Notes: generated from the sequence alone by a model not told the origin. A stretch of 63,848 nt of DNA from Solirubrobacterales bacterium (GCA_049274915.1 JBASTN010000041.1:1-63848); one strand, 5' to 3'; counted from the first letter of the stretch, positions 52,423-61,577 are shown. Translations and numbers: made by a program.

Positions 52423-55400
52423 ATGTACAACTCAGAAGACGCTCGCCCGGATGGGCAGACTCCGCAAGCCGCAGGGCAAACAGCAGTTCAGACGGCGGCT
52501 CAGACCGCAGCCCAGACTGCAGCCCAGACCGCAGCCCAGACCAACGGCAGCCCGGCCACGCCTCGCGCGACGCACCCTTCCGCCGAGCACCCCCGCTTTT
52601 CATCGACCCAGGAGTACCGGCCGCTGGTTCCGCCGGCCACGGTCGAAGACCAGGACGCCTGCGCGCTTTACGCCTCGGTTCGTAAGGACGGCAAGCCTTC
52701 GTACGCGCCGATCCCGCTCGCGCTCGACGCACTGCAGCAGATGCTTCACCGCGCCGGAAACATCGACGGCGAGGGTGACGGCTGCGGCGTCCAGATCGAC
52801 ATCCCGCGCAAGATCTGGGCCGAGGAGATCCGCACCGACGGCCACGCTCCCGACCTCGCGCTTGACGACAAGTTCTCTGTCGCTCACATCTTCATCCCGC
52901 GCAGCGCCGACGTAAAGCAGATTCAGCACGATGCCCGTGAACTGATGTCAGCCAGCGGCTTGCGCGTGCTCGCCGAACGTGAAGCCGTCGTCGAGAGCTC
53001 AGCGCTCGGACCGACCGCCCGCGAAGAAGAGCCCGTCTTCTGGCAGGTCGGTGGCTTGATCGACACGCCGCGCGCCTGTTTCGAGCTGCAGATCGAACTC
53101 GAGGACAAGCTCGACATCCACGTCGCCAGCTTTTCGAAGGATGTTGTCGTTTACAAGGTGATGGGCGCGCCGATCGCCCTCGGTAGGTACTTCCCGGACC
53201 TGCTCGACGAGCGCCTTGAGACCGTCGCAGTGCTCGGCCACAACCGCTACTCAACCAACACCTGGCCGACCTTCAAACGCGTTCAGCCGTTCGGTGTGAT
53301 CGGTCACAACGGCGAGATCAACACGATCGTCCAGCTACGTGAGGAAGCGCGCCTGCTTGGCGTGCCGATCCATGCCGACGGCTCCGACAGCCAGGACTTC
53401 AACCGCACCGTCGAAACCTTCATCAACCGTGACGGCATCAGTCTCGTCGAGGTCATGGAGATGGTGCTCCCGCCGATCGTCAACGAGATCAAGTACCTAT
53501 CGCAGGATCTGCGCGACTTCTACATGTACTTGCGTCAGAGTTTCGGACCCTTCACTCAGGGTCCCGTCGCCCTGATCAGCCGCGATGGCAACGAGTGCGT
53601 TTTCAGCACCGACGCACTTGGTCTGCGCCCGCTGTGGCAGGTCGAAACCGTCGACGACTTCATCTTCAGTTCGGAGCCGGGCGTGGCGCCGACCGCAGAG
53701 ACCGTTGCCGACCCCAAGCCGTTTGCGCCGGGCGAGAAGCTGCTCGTTCAGATCAGCCCCGGCAAGGAGACCCGCGTGAGGATGCACGACGAGCTCCAGC
53801 GCATCGCTCACGACCGCTGGGTCGAGCGCCTTGGGATCAGCGAGATCCCGAGTTACGACACCGCTCTGCTGACTGGTGGCCCCAGCGAAGGCCCCGACAT
53901 TCCGGGTTACTCGCACGCTGGCCCCTCAGAGCCGGTCAAAGTCAATGACTACGTGCTCGGCGGCTTCGGTTGGCAGCGCGAAGACATGAAGCTGATTCAG
54001 CAGATGGCATCCAACGGCGCTGAGCCGATTGGATCGCTGGGTTACGACGGACCGCTAGCCGCGCTCAGCCCGGAGCGCCAGAACATCGCCGACTACTTCA
54101 AGGAAACGGTCGCCGTGGTTACGAACCCTGCGATCGACCGCGAACGCGAGATCGAGCACTTCAGCTGCCGCACCGTTTTCGGCGCCCGTCCGCGGCCGAC
54201 GGAGCAGATCCCCGAATCTGGCACGGTCGAGCTGAGCTTCCCGATCGTGCTCGGCGGGCACCACTCGATGGCGCCGCTCAACGCCGAGACGCTACGCGGA
54301 ATCGCGCGCACTCACAAGAGCTTCCTGCTGGAGGATCTCTGGGAGTCGTTCCCGGGCAATCGCAGCGCTGTGCTCGACATTGCCTGCCTCGAGTCTGAGA
54401 ACACCAAAGGCGCGATCGAGCGCCTGAAGTTCGAGGCGATCGATCTCGTGCGCAGCGGCTCCGAGTTGATCATTCTCTCGGACCGCACGGTGTATGAGGG
54501 CGACCGTCGTTTCGTCGACCCGCACATCGCCGTCAGCGCGATCGATGCAGCGCTGAAGACCGCCAAGCTTGAAAATGGCGAGACCAACCTTCGTCGCCGC
54601 ACCAGCCTGGTGTTGCGAAGCGGCGCTCTGCGTAACGTGCACGACGTGATGGTTGCGCTCGGCCTCGGCGCCGACGGCATCTGCCCTTACGTGATGTTCG
54701 AAGTTGCCTGCGTCGACGACTACGAGACCGACTACGACAACCTCTGCAGTGCCTTGCGTAAGGGTATGGAGAAGGTCATATCGACGATTGGTATCCACGA
54801 AGTTCGTGGCTATGCGCGTCAGTTCAGTGCGATCGGTCTCAAGCCCGAGGTCTCCGAGCTGCTCGGCGTGACCAGCTACTTCGGCTCAGCCAAGGGCGGA
54901 ATCGGCTTCACCGAACTCGATGCCGACGGCGATGAGCGTAAGCGCATTCTCGCCGAGGAAGAGGTTTCGAAGCCCGCCAAGACGTTCCGTTTCTATCCGA
55001 AGGTCTGGAAGGCCGCCAACGCCGTCGCTAACGGCCGCTCTGACTACGAGGAATACAGCCAAAAGGTGCGCGAACTCGAGGCCGAGAGTCCGATCTCGCT
55101 GCGTCACATCATGGACATCAAGTCCGACCGCGAGCCGATCGCCGACGCGGACCCGTCGGTCGGTCTCCACGACTACCCACTGGTGATCGCCAGCATGAGC
55201 TTCGGATCACAGAGTGAGACCGCCTTCCGTGCGTACGCCGAGGCTGCCAAGCAGATCAACATCCTTTCGGTCAACGGCGAGGGTGGCGAGCCGCACGACA
55301 TGATTGGCAAGTACCCGAAGTGGCGTGGCCAGCAGGTCGCCTCCGGTCGCTTCGGCGTCACCAGCGACTTGCTCAACAGCAGCTATCTGCTTGAGATCAA

Positions 55401-57216
55401 GATCGGCCAGGGCGCCAAGCCCGGCGAGGGAGGACACCTTCCCGCTCGAAAGGTCACCGAGAAGGTCGCCGCCGCGCGTAACGCGACGACCGGCACAGAC
55501 CTGATCTCGCCGTCGAACAACCACGATCTCTACTCGATCGAAGACCTCGCTCAGCTGATCGACGAGCTCAAGACCGCCAACCCCGACGCACGCGTCGCGG
55601 TCAAAGTCCCCGTCGTCCCGAACGTCGGCACGATCGGTGTAGGCATCGCCAAGGCGGGCGCCGACATCATCACGCTGTCTGGTTTCGAAGGCGGCACCGG
55701 TGCTGCCCGCAGTCACGCGCTGCGCCACGTCGGACTGCCGAGCGACATCGGCACTCGCGCCGTCCACCGCGCGCTGATGGAGGCGGGCATCCGCAACCGT
55801 GTCGAGATCTGGGCCGACGGCGGCTACCGCCACGGCTGGGATGTCGTCAAGCTGCACATGCTCGGCGCCAACCGGGTTGGCTTCGGCACGCTCGCGATGG
55901 TTTCGCTCGGCTGCACGATTTGTCGTGGTTGTCAGCTCGATACCTGTCACGTCGGTATCGCCACGCAGATCGAGACCACTGAAGAGGCCGAACTTCACGG
56001 CCTCAAGAAGTTCACGCCGCAGGTGTTGCCAGACAGCGTCGAAGCGTGCGCGACGTTCTTCAAGGGCATCGGTGAGGAAGTCCGCCAGATCACGGCACAG
56101 CTCGGCTACGAGCGTTCGCAGGATCTTGTCGGCCGCTCAGACCTGCTCGTCCAGTCCGGTGCTTTCGACGCCGTCGACCTTGCTGAGCTGATCCAGCCGC
56201 TTGAGGAGTTCCTCGACCTGACTCCGATCGACTTGCCCGTCGAAGAGACTGTCGACGCGCGCGCCGAGGCAGGCATCATCATTTCACGCCCGATTCACCT
56301 CCCGACCAAGGAAGCCTCCAAGACGCTCGCGGCGCTCGTGCCCGACATCTGCGGCGGCGGCCGAGCCGGCGGTGACCCACTCAACTATGCGTATCCACGT
56401 TCGACTAACGCCACCGACCGCGTGCTCGGCACCGAACTCGCCGGCGGGATCTCGCGTGACCGGATCTTCAATGATGGTGCGCCCGGCACCGATGAGACGC
56501 TTGTCAACGTTAAGTTCGACCACGGCTCAGTGGCCGGTGGCGGCTTCGGCGCCTTTAACGTCTGGGGCGTCCACATCGGCGTCGAAGGCGGCGCACAGGA
56601 CGGCGTCGGTAAGAGCATGCTCGGCGGTTCGATCGCCGTGCTCAAGGGCGTCAACAAGTTCGGCAAGCGCGTCAACGGCAGCGTCGGCAAGTCATTCGCC
56701 TACGGCGCCCAGCGCGGTCGCATGTTCGTGCAGGGCGACGCCGACTCACGCTTCTGCATCCGCCTTTCGGGCGCAGACATCGTGATCGGCGGCGAACCGG
56801 CTGAGCCGATCGATGACTCCCGCGGTTGCATCGCCGACCGCGCCAACATCAAGGGCTTCGCCTTCGAGTACATGACCGGCGGCCGCGCGATCGTCCTCGG
56901 TGACCCGGGTCCGTGGGCCTGCGCCGGCATGACCGGCGGACGTGTCTACATGCGCCGTTGGGCGGAGATGGGTCTAACGCAGGAAGCACTGACTCGCCGC
57001 CTCGGCAAGGGCGCCAAGGCCGTGATCGCCGATCTCGACGCCGAGGGAATGCTCGACGTCCAGGAGCTGCTGGAGGCGTACGCCACCGAGCTGCGCGATA
57101 GTGGTCAAGACGGCGAGGCCGATCGCATGCTCAAGCTTGCGGCCGCGGCGTCGGACAACTTCTACATGTGCGTGCCCGAGAGCGAGCAAGCCGACCCGTC
57201 GATCTCGACGGAATAA
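52423..57216 (+). CDS. gltB: Glutamate synthase large (alpha) subunit with a 79-residue repeat-containing N-terminal leader
   Basis: The Ntn Cys is at residue 80 (QDACALYAS...GEGDGCGVQIDIP). The central domain, the FMN domain (ISPSNNHDLYSIEDL, LSGFEGGTGAA) and the GXGXG domain are all present. A strong AAGGAG lies 7 nt before ATG 52423, and there is no other canonical start before Cys80. Confidence 0.9.
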   Translation: MYNSEDARPDGQTPQAAGQTAVQTAAQTAAQTAAQTAAQTNGSPATPRATHPSAEHPRFSSTQEYRPLVPPATVEDQDACALYASVRKDGKPSYAPIPLALDALQQMLHRAGNIDGEGDGCGVQIDIPRKIWAEEIRTDGHAPDLALDDKFSVAHIFIPRSADVKQIQHDARELMSASGLRVLAEREAVVESSALGPTAREEEPVFWQVGGLIDTPRACFELQIELEDKLDIHVASFSKDVVVYKVMGAPIALGRYFPDLLDERLETVAVLGHNRYSTNTWPTFKRVQPFGVIGHNGEINTIVQLREEARLLGVPIHADGSDSQDFNRTVETFINRDGISLVEVMEMVLPPIVNEIKYLSQDLRDFYMYLRQSFGPFTQGPVALISRDGNECVFSTDALGLRPLWQVETVDDFIFSSEPGVAPTAETVADPKPFAPGEKLLVQISPGKETRVRMHDELQRIAHDRWVERLGISEIPSYDTALLTGGPSEGPDIPGYSHAGPSEPVKVNDYVLGGFGWQREDMKLIQQMASNGAEPIGSLGYDGPLAALSPERQNIADYFKETVAVVTNPAIDREREIEHFSCRTVFGARPRPTEQIPESGTVELSFPIVLGGHHSMAPLNAETLRGIARTHKSFLLEDLWESFPGNRSAVLDIACLESENTKGAIERLKFEAIDLVRSGSELIILSDRTVYEGDRRFVDPHIAVSAIDAALKTAKLENGETNLRRRTSLVLRSGALRNVHDVMVALGLGADGICPYVMFEVACVDDYETDYDNLCSALRKGMEKVISTIGIHEVRGYARQFSAIGLKPEVSELLGVTSYFGSAKGGIGFTELDADGDERKRILAEEEVSKPAKTFRFYPKVWKAANAVANGRSDYEEYSQKVRELEAESPISLRHIMDIKSDREPIADADPSVGLHDYPLVIASMSFGSQSETAFRAYAEAAKQINILSVNGEGGEPHDMIGKYPKWRGQQVASGRFGVTSDLLNSSYLLEIKIGQGAKPGEGGHLPARKVTEKVAAARNATTGTDLISPSNNHDLYSIEDLAQLIDELKTANPDARVAVKVPVVPNVGTIGVGIAKAGADIITLSGFEGGTGAARSHALRHVGLPSDIGTRAVHRALMEAGIRNRVEIWADGGYRHGWDVVKLHMLGANRVGFGTLAMVSLGCTICRGCQLDTCHVGIATQIETTEEAELHGLKKFTPQVLPDSVEACATFFKGIGEEVRQITAQLGYERSQDLVGRSDLLVQSGAFDAVDLAELIQPLEEFLDLTPIDLPVEETVDARAEAGIIISRPIHLPTKEASKTLAALVPDICGGGRAGGDPLNYAYPRSTNATDRVLGTELAGGISRDRIFNDGAPGTDETLVNVKFDHGSVAGGGFGAFNVWGVHIGVEGGAQDGVGKSMLGGSIAVLKGVNKFGKRVNGSVGKSFAYGAQRGRMFVQGDADSRFCIRLSGADIVIGGEPAEPIDDSRGCIADRANIKGFAFEYMTGGRAIVLGDPGPWACAGMTGGRVYMRRWAEMGLTQEALTRRLGKGAKAVIADLDAEGMLDVQELLEAYATELRDSGQDGEADRMLKLAAAASDNFYMCVPESEQADPSISTE
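52477..52541 (+). repeat. In-frame 12-bp x about 5 repeat CAGACNGCNGCN encoding (QTAA)n in the GltB leader
   Basis: caaacagcagtt cagacggcggct cagaccgcagcc cagactgcagcc cagaccgcagcc cagac. Confidence 0.9.
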
Positions 57217-57220
57217 GGCT

Positions 57221-57313
57221 GTCGCGCCCTACGGCGCGACCACGCTGTGCCAAACGTCGCGCCCTACGGCGCGACCACGCTGTGCCAAACGTCGCGCCCT
57301 ACGGCGCGACCAC
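57221..57313. repeat. 35-bp x2.7 tandem array of a hairpin element (REP-like) between convergent gltB and the FHA gene
   Basis: The unit is GTCGCGCC-ctac-GGCGCGAC cacgctgtgccaaac, at 57221-57255, 57256-57290 and 57291-57313. The third hairpin encodes the last residues (VVAP*) of the minus-strand gene. Confidence 0.9.
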
Positions 57314-57778
57314 GAACAAGTGAAAGTCGCCGACGATTAATTCGTCGCCGTCGCGCAGCCGCGACTCCTTGACGTGGGCACCGTTGACCCAGATGCCAGT
57401 CAGGCTGCCTTCGTCGTAGACGTGCATTCCGTCGGTCTCAATCGTCAGCAGCGCGTGGCGGCGGGCGACGGAGGGGTGATCAAGTAGTAGCCCTGCCGTC
57501 GCGCTGCGCCCGATCAGCGTCACCGGGCCGCGCAGGGGCATCACGTGGACTGCCTCGTCGTCCTGGTACGCCAGGCTCGGCGGGCCGGCCGCCGGAGTTG
57601 CTTCACGTGCTTCGGCCAACCAGCCAAGGGCAGTAAGCCGGGCATCGGATGTCCGAGAAGACGCCAAGATGCTGCTTTCGGTAGACGAGACCCCCCCATC
57701 GTAGGTATAAATGCCCGTTTCGCGCGCGACGCAAACACGTTCCTGTGTCACGCGGGTTCGATCGCGATGGCCCGGCAT
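57299..57778 (-). CDS. FHA domain-containing protein
   Basis: C-terminal FHA domain: VTLIGRSATAGLLLDHPSVARRHALL...VYDEGSLTGIWVNG...LRDGDELIVGDF. The start is uncertain. ATG 57778 is chosen to avoid overlap with the divergent gene, and ORF-track start 57832 is the alternative. Confidence 0.7.
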   Translation of the reverse strand: MPGHRDRTRVTQERVCVARETGIYTYDGGVSSTESSILASSRTSDARLTALGWLAEAREATPAAGPPSLAYQDDEAVHVMPLRGPVTLIGRSATAGLLLDHPSVARRHALLTIETDGMHVYDEGSLTGIWVNGAHVKESRLRDGDELIVGDFHLFVVAP

Positions 57779-57813
57779 CGCCTCAACCGGCACGCCGGTT
57801 GTACGATCATGCG

Positions 57814-58332
57814 ATGCGTCCCGTGCGAGCAAAGATCACGATCGACCGGCCGATCGCCGAGGTCTACGAGTACCTAGTCGACATCGGCAGCCGCCCCGAG
57901 TTCGCACCAGAGCTGTTCCGCGACTTCCGCCTTAGCCGCGTCGAGAGCCGGGGCCAGGGCGCCGGCGCACGTTTTCGGCTGCACCGCAAGATCCGCGACC
58001 GCTTCGCCGGCACGACGATCGTCACGGCCACTCCCGGACAACTGATCCTCGAGGAAGGCAGCACCGGCCGCGCGGGTCGCGTGCCGCTGGCGATCGAGTA
58101 CGCGCTTGAGCAGCTTCCTGGAGATGTCACCAGCGTGCACGCGGCGTTCCAGACCCATCCGCTTAATCCGGTTGACCAACTGCGCGAGTGGGGTATGCGT
58201 CGCCACGTCAAACGCCTCCTCCCGCGCGCTCTGCGCCGGCTGCGGGACATCCTCGAAGAGACCCCGAGTACGCGTCGTGGCGAGCGTGCCTCGGTAGGCG
58301 GGATGGACCCGCGTTACGTACCCAACCCGTGA
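57814..58332 (+). CDS. SRPBCC (START/polyketide cyclase-dehydrase-like) family protein
   Basis: MRPVRAKITIDRPIAEVYEYLVDIGSRPEFAPELF is a typical SRPBCC N-terminus. Confidence 0.65.
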   Translation: MRPVRAKITIDRPIAEVYEYLVDIGSRPEFAPELFRDFRLSRVESRGQGAGARFRLHRKIRDRFAGTTIVTATPGQLILEEGSTGRAGRVPLAIEYALEQLPGDVTSVHAAFQTHPLNPVDQLREWGMRRHVKRLLPRALRRLRDILEETPSTRRGERASVGGMDPRYVPNP

Positions 58333-58419
58333 CCGCCCGATCGACGGCCCGGACGTCGCCGAAAGCACGTTACGTTCATCACTATCGCCGCCTGCGCACA
58401 AGCTAGACTTGCGCGCCGC

Positions 58420-58977
58420 ATGAACGTTTCCGCCCGCCTCCTCCTCCGTTTGCTCCTGGTCATCGTGGCCGTGGCAGCGATCGCCATGACCGGCTGCGAG
58501 AAAGAGGCCAAGCCGATCGAGTCAAAAGAGGGCGGACGTATCTACCTCGACGGGCTGTTCTACCAAGTGCAGCTCTCTCGCCAGCTCAACCCGAACGACG
58601 TAGAAGACAGCTTCTACCTCGTCGACAAGCCGACTCCGGCGGCGGGTGAGGCCTACTTCGGCGTCTTCATGCGTGTCGACAACGAAGACACGTACCGCAC
58701 CGTCATGCCGATCGGCATCGAAAAGATGATGATCAAGAGCGCCGCCGGTCGCGAGTTCGAGCCGATCGAGGTTTCCGCTGCGGGCTGGGGCTACGAGCCC
58801 GAGCCGATCGGCCAAGGCGCACGCATTCCGATCCCCGACACGCCGGCATCCGGCGGACCGATCGGCGGCAGTCTGATTCTCTTCAAGCTCACTTACGACG
58901 ACCTCGATGCCCGTCCGCTCGAACTAGAGATCGAGAACGCCAAGGGCGACATCGGCACAATCGTTCTCGACGTCTAG
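58420..58977 (+). CDS. Lipoprotein of unknown function
   Basis: MNVSARLLLRLLLVIVAVAAIAMTGC signal with lipobox. The body is beta-rich. Confidence 0.65.
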   Translation: MNVSARLLLRLLLVIVAVAAIAMTGCEKEAKPIESKEGGRIYLDGLFYQVQLSRQLNPNDVEDSFYLVDKPTPAAGEAYFGVFMRVDNEDTYRTVMPIGIEKMMIKSAAGREFEPIEVSAAGWGYEPEPIGQGARIPIPDTPASGGPIGGSLILFKLTYDDLDARPLELEIENAKGDIGTIVLDV

Positions 58978-59025
58978 TCGCACTGAGCCGTCTAGTCGCA
59001 CTGAGCCGTCTAGTCGCACTGAGCA
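58972..59025 (+). repeat. 18-bp x3 tandem repeat GTCTAGTCGCACTGAGCC beginning on the lipoprotein stop codon
   Basis: Units at 58972-58989, 58990-59007 and 59008-59025 (the last ends in ...gca). Each unit carries TAG and TGA in the gene's frame. Confidence 0.9.
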
Positions 59026-59102
59026 ACAGTCCGGGCCGCGACAGCCCTACGGATGTCCGCCGATACGCACCGTCGATCGCCGATCGCCGCCATCATTAGC
59101 CA

Positions 59103-60251
59103 ATGACGATTCTCGACTGGTCCATCGTCCTCTTCGTCGTCGCGTTGGCCGGCTGGGGATTTCGTCAAGGCGCTGTGCTCGGCGTCTCGTCGGTGGTCGG
59201 GTTCTTCGGCGGAGTCTGGCTCGGAACTCAGCTCGCCGATCGCCTGCTCGAGAAGGGCAATGCATCGCCCTACGCGCCTCTCTTCGCGCTGGCCGCAGCG
59301 TTGATTGTCGGTGCCGTGATCGCCGAGCTGACGGTCGCGCTTGGGTTTCGCGTGCGGGTGCTCTTCACCAGCCGCATTGCGCACCGTGTCGACGGCGCGC
59401 TCGGCGCGGTCTTGCTGGCATCGTTCGCTCTGGGAATTGTCTGGGTGGGCGCCGCCGCACTGACCCAGTCGCGCACCAATCCCGATTTGAGAAAGAACAT
59501 CCGACAATCGGCCGTCGTGCGCCAGCTCAACCAGATACTGCCTCCGTCGGGCGGGTTGCTCAGTGTGCTTGCGCGGATCGACCCGGTTCCGTCGATCAAT
59601 GGTCCCTCGGCCAATGTCTCGGCCCCCGACAGCGCCGTCGCCCGTGATCCCGAGGTTCGACGCGCCGCCGCTTCTACCGTGCGTGTGCTCGGCACAGCCT
59701 GCGGTTACGGCGTGGAGGGCTCCGGCTGGGTCGCGGGGCCGAGTCTGATCGTCACCAACGCGCATGTCGTCGCCGGGCAGTCCGACACGACAGTTCAGCC
59801 GACGGGATCTGGCCCGAGCTTTCGCGCCGTGGTCGTCTGGTTTGACTCACGCAATGACCTGGCGCTGCTCTCGGCACCCGGCGTCGTCACCCCGGCGCTG
59901 CAGAGCAAGACGGTGACTGCGCGCGGCACCTCGGCGGCGATCATCGGATATCCGCTCAACGGCCCGCTCGCGATTGAACCGGCGCGAATCGGCGTGACTC
60001 AACAGGCGATCTCGGACGACATCTACGGCGGAACTACGACACGGCCGATGACATCGTTTCGCGGGCGGGTTCAACACGGCAACTCCGGCGGCCCCGTCGT
60101 CGACGAGGACGGCGTGGTGCGTACCACTGTGTTCGCTTCTGAAACGCGCAGCGAAGGGCGCCGTGGCTACGGCGTGCCTGCCAAAACGGTCCAGGACGCT
60201 CTCGCCGAAGTCAACACTTCGCGACGCGTCAGCACGGGCGCCTGCGCCTAA
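59103..60251 (+). CDS. MarP-like membrane serine protease (CvpA/colicin V production domain plus trypsin-like domain)
   Basis: Four N-terminal TM helices are followed by the chymotrypsin-fold triad context TNAHVVAG, NDLALL and GNSGGPVVDEDG. This is the same architecture as M. tuberculosis Rv3671c. Confidence 0.8.
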   Translation: MTILDWSIVLFVVALAGWGFRQGAVLGVSSVVGFFGGVWLGTQLADRLLEKGNASPYAPLFALAAALIVGAVIAELTVALGFRVRVLFTSRIAHRVDGALGAVLLASFALGIVWVGAAALTQSRTNPDLRKNIRQSAVVRQLNQILPPSGGLLSVLARIDPVPSINGPSANVSAPDSAVARDPEVRRAAASTVRVLGTACGYGVEGSGWVAGPSLIVTNAHVVAGQSDTTVQPTGSGPSFRAVVVWFDSRNDLALLSAPGVVTPALQSKTVTARGTSAAIIGYPLNGPLAIEPARIGVTQQAISDDIYGGTTTRPMTSFRGRVQHGNSGGPVVDEDGVVRTTVFASETRSEGRRGYGVPAKTVQDALAEVNTSRRVSTGACA

Positions 60252-60425
60252 CCGCCGCCGCTTTGGCGACGGCTGCCGCGGCGTCTTTCCGTCGACCCCT
60301 CGCCCTAGATTGACCTCAACGTGAATGCGCGTTCAACGCGCAGCTCAGCACTCCTGCCCAGCATTACTGCCCATCACTACTGCGCCAGCACTGCTGGCAG
60401 CCACTCGCAACCGAGACGGAACCCC

Positions 60426-60884
60426 ATGTCACTCTGCTTCATAGAGCCCAAAGACGCCGTCCGCGTCGTCGCCGATTCAATCGGCCGCGAGGCTCGTCGG
60501 CAGCTCGTCACCGAAGTGGTTCACGCGTGGGTCGATTCGCTGCCCGATAGCGAACTACCGATTCATTACGCCGAGGCAATTCGCTCGCTCGACGAGCAGG
60601 ATCTGACGGTGCTCGCTGCCTGGCACGCCTCGCTCGAGGTCGGCCAGCCGGTCGCCAATCGCGATTTCCTAATTGGGGCCTACACCTCGCTTGGCAAGGA
60701 TCACCGTCGTGAAGCACTTCGCATCGCCGCTGCCTTCCGCAGCGAAGAAGCGTTCGAGAACGGCGCGTCCGACGAAGAGATGCTCGACACGGTGCTCCCG
60801 TGGCTGCCGCCGCGCCAGACGATGGAACTTGCCGCCGAGGCGATTCGCATCTACGTCTGGGATCGCATCGGCAGCGACAACTAG
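60426..60884 (+). CDS. Hypothetical protein (152 aa, predicted helical)
   Basis: ATG 60426 is preceded by GAGACGGA. I recognise no motif. Confidence 0.5.
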   Translation: MSLCFIEPKDAVRVVADSIGREARRQLVTEVVHAWVDSLPDSELPIHYAEAIRSLDEQDLTVLAAWHASLEVGQPVANRDFLIGAYTSLGKDHRREALRIAAAFRSEEAFENGASDEEMLDTVLPWLPPRQTMELAAEAIRIYVWDRIGSDN

Positions 60885-60908
60885 GGCCCGACAGCTGCGC
60901 CTCAATAG

Positions 60909-61577
60909 CTAGGGTCTCAGCAGTCCCCGCGTCTCTGCGATCGCTTGGTCCGTCTCGATGAAGCGCACGGCCTCAAAGCCAAACTCGCGCGCGGCTTCAC
61001 AGTTGTGCTCGATGTCGTCGACCAGAACGCATTCGCGAGGCTCGATGTCGGCGAGTCCGTCAAGCCCGCGAATCCGCTCGAGCGTAATCTCGTAGATCCG
61101 ACGCTCTGGCTTGCGCGTCCCTTCAAAACCTGAGTCCACGACTGTCTCGAACAGTTCGTCGATTGGCAGCATCGCCCGCCAGCGCGGCTCCCACTCCTTG
61201 ACATTGTTGGTCAACAGTGCCAGCCTCCCGCCGTCCGACTTGTACTCGAAGAGGAAGTCCAGAAACGGCCGGTTGGGATGGAGGTGTTCGAAGTACATCT
61301 CCCCGAAACGGTGAAACTCGACGTCGTGCTCGAGTCGTGCGTCCAGTTCATCCTGCATCACCTTCGTGAAGTCCGCTTCGCTAAGGATCCCCTTCTCAAG
61401 CTCGAACAACGGATGTTCGCCATCGCGCTCCATGATCGCCGCCATCGCTTCGCCAAGCACCTCGATCGGAATCCCGGTGCTCTTCTGGTATTCGATGAAC
61501 GAGTCCATCAGGGGGTTCGTCAATACACCACCGAAGTCGGAGATCACGACTCGGACGCTTCCGCGGACTGTGCTCAT
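60909..61577 (-). CDS. HAD-superfamily hydrolase (subfamily IA)
   Basis: VISDFGGVLT (DxG/DxD motif I), LLTNN (motif II) and VLVDDIEHN (motif IV). There is an ATGA overlap with the upstream gene. Confidence 0.8.
   Translation of the reverse strand: MSTVRGSVRVVISDFGGVLTNPLMDSFIEYQKSTGIPIEVLGEAMAAIMERDGEHPLFELEKGILSEADFTKVMQDELDARLEHDVEFHRFGEMYFEHLHPNRPFLDFLFEYKSDGGRLALLTNNVKEWEPRWRAMLPIDELFETVVDSGFEGTRKPERRIYEITLERIRGLDGLADIEPRECVLVDDIEHNCEAAREFGFEAVRFIETDQAIAETRGLLRP

Noticed and set aside
57299-57832. Expected gltD (glutamate synthase small subunit) downstream of gltB
   Set aside because: The only downstream ORF is on the opposite strand and encodes an FHA domain. gltD must be elsewhere or absent, which cannot be decided from this window.
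57221-59025. Tandem repeat arrays as CRISPR
   Set aside because: The units are directly adjacent with no unique spacers, have at most 3 copies, and no cas genes are present.
59010-59765. 251-aa minus-strand ORF antisense to the MarP-like gene
   Set aside because: It has Arg/Gly/Asp-rich composition and no motifs. The plus-strand frame encodes a coherent CvpA plus trypsin architecture.
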